From assembly GCF_009914755.1 (NCBI RefSeq), contig NC_060927.1: a stretch of DNA of 64,000 nucleotides. One strand, written 5' to 3'. The first letter of the stretch is position 1. Each line of letters begins with the position of its first letter. Made by a program: the position numbers and the translations under genes. The notes below the pieces were generated by a model. It saw only the letters and a program-made list of their open reading frames with translations, was not told where the DNA came from and ran no database searches. Positions 54,701-64,000 of the stretch are shown piece after piece. This stretch comes from the human T2T-CHM13v2.0 reference genome, Homo sapiens.

Positions 54701-57087
54701 TGAGTCCCAGGACAGCAGACAGAGCAGGGGCTGCAAATTTGAATAGGTGTGGGGGTTGGGTGGGTTTTGTGAATGAGTGAAGTAGGTGAGTGGGAGACAT
54801 TAGGGAGTGGTAGAAACTGGAGCAAACTGAAGAACCTTGGCCCTTCTGAAGAGGACAGCTGCTTCTCAGCTCCTGTGGGGGAATGTGGGCCCAGTGTGGC
54901 AGATCTTCCAATCTTCTAAGAGAAGCTGGACATCTGGAATTTGATGTAAAATCTCCCCATTAAAAACATGCCAGGGCCAAGAACAACATATCTGTGGGCT
55001 GGATTCAGCCCCTAAGTTGCTAGTTTGAGACCCCCAAGGCTATGGATTGGGACAGGGCGATGTGGCTGGAAGGGTGAGGGGTCGGCACAGAGCAGCTTCT
55101 CTGTCCCTCCCTCCCTCTTCCAGGCAGCTCCTTCCCCAGCCCCCGCCCTTGCCCACTCCCCACAGACTTCCGAGAGGCCCTCTGTTCTTCAGAAATAACA
55201 ACTCAGGGCATAAACACATTTGTGTGCTCTGCTAGGACTGTTCCCATGGCAGTTTCCACTACGAGCATCCCAGAATCAAAGTCCAAGGTGGGAACCCTGG
55301 GCACTGAGGCTCACATGGGGCCTCTGAGAAGGTGGAGGTGGTCATGACGTCTCGCTCACTCCCCTCTTCTCAGTGGAAGAACAGCCAAGCCGGAGCTGAG
55401 GAAACCAAGCCCCAAGAACACAGGTGGGGTTTGAACTTGGATGGCCTGCGTTCAAATCCCAGCTCTGGGTGACCTTGGTTAAGTGCTTCACCTCTCACTG
55501 CCTTCATTTCTCCTTTTGCAGGCAACAGCAGTGTCTATTTTACAGGGTTAGGGTGAGGCTTCAACACGATGTCTCACGTAAGGAGTGTAGTGCTGTGCCT
55601 GGCACCGGGTAGATGTACTGTGTCATTATTACCGCCCAGTTTTTAGGCCAGGTGGGAGATTAAGCCAGACGTTCTGGAGAGGAAGACTTTGAACTGGCAG
55701 GATTTCGACAAGATAGGAAGGGGTCAGTCAAGGTGAGGAGAGGCACAGTGGAAGGGCCTTGTGACTGCAGACAAGCCACTTCTCTTCTCTGGGCCTCAGT
55801 TTCCCCACATGTGACATGAAGGATTGGTCTGGTGGAAGGCTAGGGCTGGTGGCTCTGGTACTTGGTATCCAAAGACAGGGGTTTTGAGGACCTGCAGGTG
55901 GAACAGCTTGCCTGGTCCAGCCTACCTGTCATGCCCTTCCCAGGAGCTGAATCTTGTGGTCTCTTTTCCTTTCTGCTGAAAATTAACACACATATTTTTG
56001 GGAGCAGAAACAACAGAGGCTGGTGTGAGAGATGAATGGCGTTCGAGATTCAATTTAGATTAGAGAGCATCTCACCATTTCGCATATTAAAAATTAATAC
56101 AGTGTGTCAAAGATTACCGGACAAAGGCAGCGAGGCCCTGAAAATTCAGAAACACAAATGTCCAGACAGATGCTATGTGGGGTTGTAGGCTTTCAAATGT
56201 CAATTTTCTTTCTGTGTAATTGTAAGCAGAGGTCAGAGCACTAGAGGAGGAGCCAGGTTTTGGTCTTTGTTCTACCACTGACTTGTGAGTGAGCTTGGGC
56301 CAGTTTCACCCCTCGGAGACTCAGTTTTCTCATTCATAAAATGGGAACAAAATAACCTCTAGGCTGGGGAAACCCAAGCACAGAGGAATGTGTGTGAAGC
56401 TCTCTAAACTGTAAAGGCATGCACTTTTACTGTGAAGGTAAAAAAACACTCCAACACTCTCCCAGATTTTTCAACTGTGGGCAGAATCTGTGTGTCCTAC
56501 CATGTACGTAAAAGAAGACAGCCACGGCGCAAAGTGAGGGACTGGCTGTATAGGAACTCCCTGCTGTCACGGCTGCTTGCTGTCAGTGGGTATTTGAGGA
56601 GCCTTGGCCTCAAAGTGCATCTGTATCCAGCTGTCCTGGATACAAACTGGGCTCTTCCCCAGCCTCTAAACCTCTGCCCTGGCCATTCCCATTCCTTTGC
56701 TTGGGGTACCTTCCTCTCTCTTTTTAGCCAATTCTGGCTCCTGCAAACTGCAGTCTCAGGCCATTAAAGAGGTTTCATTTGGTCTGCCCGGTGTTTTAAA
56801 AAAAATGGAAATTTGTTACAAACATTAAAAAGTCAATTCCCATATAGAAATCTTGACATCTAGCTCACCAAGGGCATGTGCCCAGACCTATTAGAGTTGG
56901 AACTCATGTTTGAGAGCCGTCTGACAAACTCCAGCCCCACCTCAGCTCTGTTAAGCAAAGCTCGAGGGACAGTGGTTCTCTTGGGGGCAAAGGGAGCCTG
57001 TGCTTTGGCCCCAGAGCACAGAGCTGGCGACCTGGAGGAAGAGGTACAAGGAGGGGCCTCTGGCTTTATGAGAGGGAAGGACTTTCT

Positions 57088-57712
57088 TTTTCTTTTTCTT
57101 TTTTTTTTTTTTAATTAGAAAGTAAACTTTAATGTCGAAAATGCAAACGGGGAGGGCAGAAAGATCACACAAAAGGCTGTGATTTCACACTTGGAGAGTT
57201 GCACAGCGGCCAGGCAGAGGCGCTCCTCACTTCCCAGATGGGGCGGCAGCCGGGCAGAGGCACTTCTCACTTCCCAGATGGTGGGTGGCGGGGCAGAGCG
57301 GCTCCTCACTTCCCAGATGGTGAGTGGCCAGGCAGAGGGGCTCCTCACTTCCCAGATAGGGCGGCAGCCAGGCAGAGGTGCTCCTCACTTCCCAGACGGC
57401 GGCGGCGGGGGGCGGGCAGAGGGGCTCCTCATTTCCCAGAAGGTGGGTGGCCGGGCAGAGGGACCCCTCACTTCCCAGATGGGGCGGTGGCCAGGCAGAG
57501 GGACTCCTCACTTCCCAGAGGGGGCAAAAGCTGGGCAGAGGCGCTTCTAATTTCCCAGACAGTGGGGCGGCCGGGCAGAGGGACTCCTCACTTCCCAGAG
57601 AGTGTGGGGGCCGAGCAGAGGTGCTCCTCACTTCCCAGACAGTGGCAGGGGCTGGGCAGAGGGGCTCCTCATATCCCAGATGGTGCAGCAGCCGGGCAGA
57701 GGCGCTCCTCAC
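57088..57712 (-). mobile_element. SVA2-type VNTR retroposon, 5'-truncated, 21-bp TSD
   Basis: Poly(A) tail, ~100-bp unique 3' segment, and ~13 units of a ~40-bp SVA-like VNTR (gggcagagg.gctcctcacttcccaga). No SINE-R. TSD tatgagagggaaggactttct at 57067-57087 and 57713-57733. Confidence 0.85.
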
Positions 57713-59449
57713 TATGAGAGGGAAGGACTTTCTAATGGGTGAGCTGAGGATGGATGGATTATTCTGGGAAGGAGGGAGGGAGCATGTTTACACAGAAGCT
57801 GGACGGCCCACAATGGGTGTCCTGCACCAGATGCCAGGCCCCACTCAAGACTCAAGATCCTCCTATCTTAAGGAGGTCTGAGTTCCCCCACCCTTCTCAG
57901 GCCCTCTGAAGCTAGAAAAGGTACCTAGGGTCATACTAAATAGTGCACATCCAGTCATTCATTTACTCATTCAATCAATCACCGAATTTTGATTGAGCAC
58001 CTACTATAAGCCAGACTTTGTTCTATATGTTGGGGACACTACTGTAAGGAAGACAGGAGTGTCAGGAAGGATCGCCTGGCAGAAGTGTAGTTGTAATTGG
58101 GTGAGCTTGGAAGGAGTGAGGGTTGGTCAGATGAAGGGATATGGGTGGGGAGAAGGGCTGTGAAAAGGCAAGAGAAACTCCAAAGGTCTTGGGAAAGGCT
58201 AGAGTGGCTGAAGCATTCCTGGTTTGCTCCTCAGAAGAGGGGTCAGATGGTCCTCAAGGAAGAGGACACATCTATTGTACCCTTTGTCCCCAGTGGCCAG
58301 GAAAGGCTGGGAATAGAAACTGAATTTATAGCATGCCACATGGGGTCAGGCTTACACAGGCCTTTGGGGTGAGAGTGAGAGTGTTCTCTAATGGAGACTC
58401 TGGCTCTTGTAACTCATCTTTTTGCCATCTTCCCCTTGCCTGCTTGGTAGCTCAGTACTGAATACGCAGTTCACCTCTGTGAGCTACACCAGAGGACTCA
58501 GCAGCATGCATCGAGCTGTCAAATCTCCATCCTATTTCTCCTCTCCTCTCTTTGTCTGGATTTCCTAACTTAGGGCATTTAAAATCATTTTGTATGAGAC
58601 AACTTTTATAAGCTACTTATAAAGTGGAACATGGTTAATTAATCAGAATAAAGAAAAGGCTATTGAGGTAGGTAAAGGAGCAGGGGCTGGGTTAGAGGTC
58701 AGAATGAAGGGGCGAGATGAAGGAATGCAGACATTTAACATATGGCTTACTTTCTGCTCTAGTGCTGTACTTGAGGGCAGGGCAGGGTTCTGCTCTTCCC
58801 ATGTGTGGGGCACCTCACACTGAGAGGCTGGGCTGTATCAAAAGTAGAGCCCAACTGGGAGGGACTCAAGGTGAGTTTTCCAGGCCATCCAGGTGACCAC
58901 TGACCTCTTCTCCCCTGTTCTGAGGCCCCATGGGGCTGCACGTCTTTATTTCCAGCAAAGGGACCCCAGAGATTGTTTTCGCCCCTGGTGAGAGCAGGAA
59001 TACACTAACTGCCCTCTGAGGCTGGCTGATATTCAGGGGCACTGTCTGGCTGAGCGGACCTGCCTGCAGCCTCAGCAAATGATTTCAAGAAAAAAACCCA
59101 ACAATAATCACGTCCCCCAAACTCTCCATCCACTGCTCAGAGCTAGTGTGAAAACAGATTGCTCCCCCAGAGTCACCCAGGCCACCGGGGTAGCAGTGAG
59201 GGGGTGGAATTCAGTCGAGGGCAGAACTGTTTCCAGGAGTGGGGGGCTGGGAGCTGGGCGCCTTGTCTGCAGGGCCGGGGGCCATCAGCTGGGATGAGCT
59301 GCATGGTGTGTGACAGCAGCAGGCTAATGGGTAACCTCAGCCCTGGGTTCAAATCCCAGCAGCTCTTTGGTTCAGTGCTGGTGACTTGGGCAAATCATTT
59401 CCCTTCTCAGAGCCACAGTGTTCACCTCTGTGAAATGGGAATAAATGTG

Positions 59450-59650
59450 CACCAGCACACAGCAGTCCCTCAAGAAACCTCCCTCCCCTCCTGCCTTTCT
59501 GGGGACCAGAGATGGGGATGTGTGTGCTGAGGTTGTCCAGAAGCCCCTCCCACCACGGGTGGCCACGTGCCCCCTGTAAGAGCCACTTAATGGACTTGGG
59601 ACAGACAGACAATGCCTCTGTGGGAAAAAAGCCCTGTCTCTGGCATCCCC
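59450..59650. repeat. Copy 1 of a ~200-bp dispersed direct duplication
   Basis: Aligns by eye with 62453-62652; identical 34-bp core. Confidence 0.9.
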
Positions 59651-60695
59651 TGCAGTCTGGGGTTGACAGAGGATTGGGAATATGATGTGTGGAAATAGTG
59701 CTTGGCATATACTGGCCTTCACAAAGGATAGATGCAGCTGTCACTACCACCACCGTACACCACTAATGTTACTCTGGGCCTGGAATATGCATTGCAGGAA
59801 TTTCTGTCTGTGTTGCCGCTGTCTTAGCTTGTGTCACAGAACACCACCACAGCCATAACATGCCCCTACCTAGATCGGGAGACCTGGTTGGCATCTACCT
59901 TTCCTTCCTATGTGACCTTGAGTGGATCACTCAGCCTCTCCGAGGGGCCTTGGGCTGTCTCACTTGAGGATCACACAGAACCAAGGCTCTGACAGTGCTT
60001 TGTAGATGGTAAAGTTGCTCTATGTTGAGCACCCATTATGCAGATGCACACACTGAGGCACAGGGTTCTTCTGCTGGGAAGGCAGCCGAGCCAGGCCTCT
60101 TGCCACAGAGCTCAGCGGCCACCCTGCCCTGTTCCAGCCTGATCTAGTTGGGGGTAGGCTGTGTCTTTCTGCAAATGCCCCACAGTGACCCTATCTGGTG
60201 AAGCCAATGTGAATGCTGATTCACTCCAGCTTGATCCCTGCGACAATGGGGTGCTCAGGAAATTTCAGATAAAACGAATGGTGAGTGCTTTCTGGGGAAA
60301 AACCACAAGGGTGACCTCGTGGCCCTGCTTCGTATATTTAAAATGTAGCCTGAGAGGCACCCAGAAGGCAGGCATGGGCCTTAGTGCCTGTGAGAGGCTG
60401 TCAGTGCATGCATGCGTGCCCGAGGATGTGGCTGAGTCAGTGTGCAGACGCGGGCACACAAAGGTGTGTGGCACAGGCTGAGTGGGGGAGGGCACCACGT
60501 GCTTCATATCCTGTCAGAGGTCAGACAGAGTGGGTAGCTTGCACAGGCATCACTGCTGGGACTGTGGGAAGCCATACCGCTTCAAGACAAAGCAATGAAA
60601 TGGGACAGCGGATCTAGGTCTGGGCCTCACTAGAGACTCCTTCCAGCTCTGTGACCTTGGGCGGGTAACTTCCCCTCTCTGTGTCTTGGTTTCAC

Positions 60696-61131
<436 letters not shown>

Positions 61132-61149
61132 TGAGCTTTCTCCAAGGCA

Positions 61150-61490
61150 CTAGTTCCTAACTTGGTTGTACACTGGAGGCACCAGGGAGCTTTAAAAAAT
61201 ATGAATGCCTAAGCCCCAAACTAGAGATTCTAGTTGAATTGGGCTGGGGCATGGCCCGGACCTTGGGAGTTAGAAGAGCTCCCCAGGGATTGCAATGTGC
61301 AGCAGGGGATGAAAACTTAGTGGTCCCTGGAGCGGCGGCTTCAGCATCACCTGTGGACTTGTTAGAAATGCACATTCTCAGGGCCCACCCAGACCTACTG
61401 AGTCACACACTCTTGGATGGGGCAGGGCCAGCTGCATTGTCCTTGGCAATGGGGATACAGGCTCAGGTTGAAGAGCCACCAGCCTGAGGG
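61150..61490. mobile_element. MER5-family DNA transposon fragments
   Basis: ggagctttaaaaaat...; ttgttagaaatgcacattctcagggcccacccagacctactgagtca. Confidence 0.7.
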
Positions 61491-62452
61491 AGGAGGGTGA
61501 GGAGGAAGCCTAATACTTGCCAGGTGCTTTCGGCACAGCATCACCTTTGAGCCTCGCCAACAACCCTGAGACATGGGGCTTATTGCTGAGGCCTGTCCAG
61601 GTCACACAGTGGGGTGGTGACAGAGCCTGCACTCAGCCTGGGTCGACTGTTCCTTTTCTTCTGTAGGGGCTGCCAGCTCCCACAGGGCCCTTCTCCTTCC
61701 CTGAAAGCTGCCAACAGTCAGGCTCACAACCTCTCTTCCTGCAGCAGAGGAGGTCATGAGTGCTGTGGCTGACAGACCCAGACTTGAGTCCCCAGGTACA
61801 CAGAACACTCTGACCCTTTGTCTCCTACTGGTGGCTGCAGAAGGCTGGAGAAGGAGAAACTAGAAGCTGAGTGGCGAGAAAAAGGAGACTGGAAGAGGAG
61901 ATGAGGCAGTGTGGGGCCAGGAGCTGGTCTTCAAGTTCGGCTGTCACAGCATCCCTGCCCTGATCCGCAACCTTCCATGGCTCCCCATGTCCTCACAATC
62001 ATCCAGTTCCTGGGCTCACAGTGGCCTCTCTGTGAGGTTGTCCCAAAGGACTCCTCCTGCCTCACCTCTAGCCATGCCACATTTATCCCACTCTCCTACC
62101 AAGCCACGGGTCTGCATGTGCCGGGCATTTGCCTCTGACTTGGCACATCTGGCTTCAAACCCAGGATGCCCAACCCTCTGTCGACTTATTTAGTTAGTCT
62201 TGAGAGACCCAGAAGAACGTTTACTATCACTTCCTGAAAGGCTTCCTTGATTTATTCAGCAAGAACAATCTGTCCTCATCCTCCCCTGACAGCATTTGTC
62301 ACCTGGCTCATTTATTCACTAACACACATTTACTGTGCATCTCTCCTGTGCTGGGTTTTGGCCCTGGGGGTCAAACACCAACTGAGACCCACCCTTTGCC
62401 ACTACTGTCTTCTGGTTTCTGATTCCACCATCCCCTAGAGGGAGGCTGCTTC

Positions 62453-62652
62453 CACCAGCACACAGCAGGTCCTTAGGAAACCTCCCCTGGCTCCTGCCTC
62501 TCTGGGGACTAGAGATGGGGATGTAAGTGCTGAGGTTGCCCAGATGCTCCTGCACACATGGGTGGCCACGTGCCCCCTGTAAGAGCCACTTAACAGACTT
62601 GGGGCAGAGAGACAACGCCTCTGTGGGAAAACAGCTTGTGTTGCGGGCATCT
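62453..62652. repeat. Copy 2 of a ~200-bp dispersed direct duplication
   Basis: Aligns by eye with 59450-59650; offset 3003 bp. Confidence 0.9.
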
Positions 62653-63419
62653 GCTGTGATATCGGTCTGTATGGGCTGTCAAGGTAAGTTCAGAACCAGT
62701 CTGATGGTCTGCTATCGTCTGGTGTGCATTGCAGGCATGTATGCAATGCCTAGAGTTTATGATCACATCACGGTGTTGACGGTTCCTGATGGGCAAGGTG
62801 CAGGGTAAGGGGTGTCTCTCTGATACCTAGTGGTCCTAGGTGGGGTTTCCTATGAATCCAGTCTCTGTCATGTGGAGGGGGCAGCATTTACCTGATCCTC
62901 CCTGATAGCATTTGTCACCCAGCTCATTCACAGTTATGTGCTCATAGCAGACCTGACATCTAGACGTGCACATGCACACACAGATGTGGCACACAACTGT
63001 GGATGTGGCACTAGATTGTGGATTTGAATGTGCATAGTGCAGCGCTGGGTGGTTTCTTTGCAAGCATGTGGACGCAATGTCCATTCGCTTATGTGCACCC
63101 ATGTGGACATGGCACAGAACGGGCACACAGAGGCTGTGTTCCTGTAATTCAACACACGTGTGGACACAAGTTTCCACTGATTTAAACCTATCACCTGCCT
63201 TTTCTCCAAGTCAGGCTGAGTTCCCACTCTTCTCTCCACTGTGGGAATTCTTTACTAAACTTCTCCACTCAGGGCTCCAGACTTCCCACATGGGCAGGGA
63301 AGTGGGTGTGGGGGCTGGGGATCTGAGTGGAAGGTGGTGACCAGGACTCATCTAGAAGCTGTGAAAACATCAATGATCTGTACCAAAGAATGGGGGGATC
63401 TAGTGAAGCTGGGGCCCCT

Positions 63420-63590
63420 GAGAAAGGTTTACTGGATAAAATATAGGATACCCAGAGAAATCTGAATTTTAGATAAACAGCAAATCATTTACTACTAATT
63501 AAAAAATTAACAAACTTATTGTTTATTTGCAATTCCAATGTCCCTGGATGCCCTGTATTTTTCTTTGTTAATCTGGCCACCCATCCCTAA
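63420..63590. mobile_element. MER53-like hAT MITE
   Basis: gataaaatataggatacccag...tgaattttagataaaca...ctgtattttttc...atctggccaccc. Confidence 0.6.
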
Positions 63591-64000
63591 GGCTCCCTGT
63601 CCCCTCTCCTCCACATCCGGTGGCCAGCCTCTCTTACCCTCCCATTTGACGGTTGGGAAAATGGAGGCCCAGAGACGCGGAAGCGACTTGATCCAGGTCC
63701 AGGGAGGTTCAGCTCCCTGGGGCTGGACCCTGACCCCTGGCCCAGGCCCTCTCAGCACCCCACAGACACCAGGGAAGGGAACAACGGCTCGGCTTGCTTG
63801 AATGGAGCCTTACTACACACACAAATGACGGCCATTTCATATTCCCTCTGTATCAACCTCACTGAAGAGATCTGGTTCAGCATGCCCAGAGGTGATCTCT
63901 GAGAGGTCTTTGTCTCAGCCCTTTGGGAAAATGGAGGCCAGAAAAGCCCCTTATTCCTCCTTCTGGGGAGGGGCCTCCATGGTTGAGCGCAGACAAGAAG

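Noticed and set aside
57179-57881. Repetitive ORFs; CRISPR-like look of the ~40-bp periodic array
   Set aside because: This is an SVA-type VNTR: the variable parts are related to each other rather than unique spacers, there are no cas genes, and a TSD and poly(A) tail are present.
63752-63772. REST/NRSE-like TCAGCACC half-site
   Set aside because: The right half (GGACAG) and the spacing do not match.

Overview
This is mammalian genomic DNA, most likely human (primate Alu/L1PA/SVA2 content, and exon translations match human PMCA2 as I recall it). The whole window lies inside ATP2B2 (plasma-membrane Ca2+-ATPase 2), transcribed on the minus strand. Ten internal coding exons were mapped to exact GT-AG boundaries: 198, 258, 126, 126, 33, 60, 42, 159, 215 and 243 nt. 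They cover TM1-TM4, the A domain, the three alternative 'splice site A' exons and the catalytic DKTGT motif. The ATG exon and the exons after DKTGT fall outside the window. MIR885 lies in an intron at 34823-34896 (-). The rest is intronic: Alu, L1, L2, MIR, MLT1 and DNA-transposon relics, plus simple repeats. None of the other supplied ORFs is credible. Most notable: (1) a TSD-flanked, ultra-short L1 insertion folded back into a perfect 38-bp palindrome inside the site-A cassette; (2) a rare SVA2-type VNTR retroposon with a 21-bp TSD; (3) recursive-splice-like exon starts, tandem acceptor/donor sites and RBFOX/UG motifs at the site-A exons; (4) a miR-885 3' arm built from a tRNA-like MIR head; (5) a ~200-bp duplicated block with an invariant 34-bp E-box/NKX core; (6) a perfect 48-bp tandem duplication. 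I found no evidence of a wholly new gene system. Exon numbers, residue numbers and repeat subfamily names are from recall; repeat boundaries are approximate unless a TSD is given.
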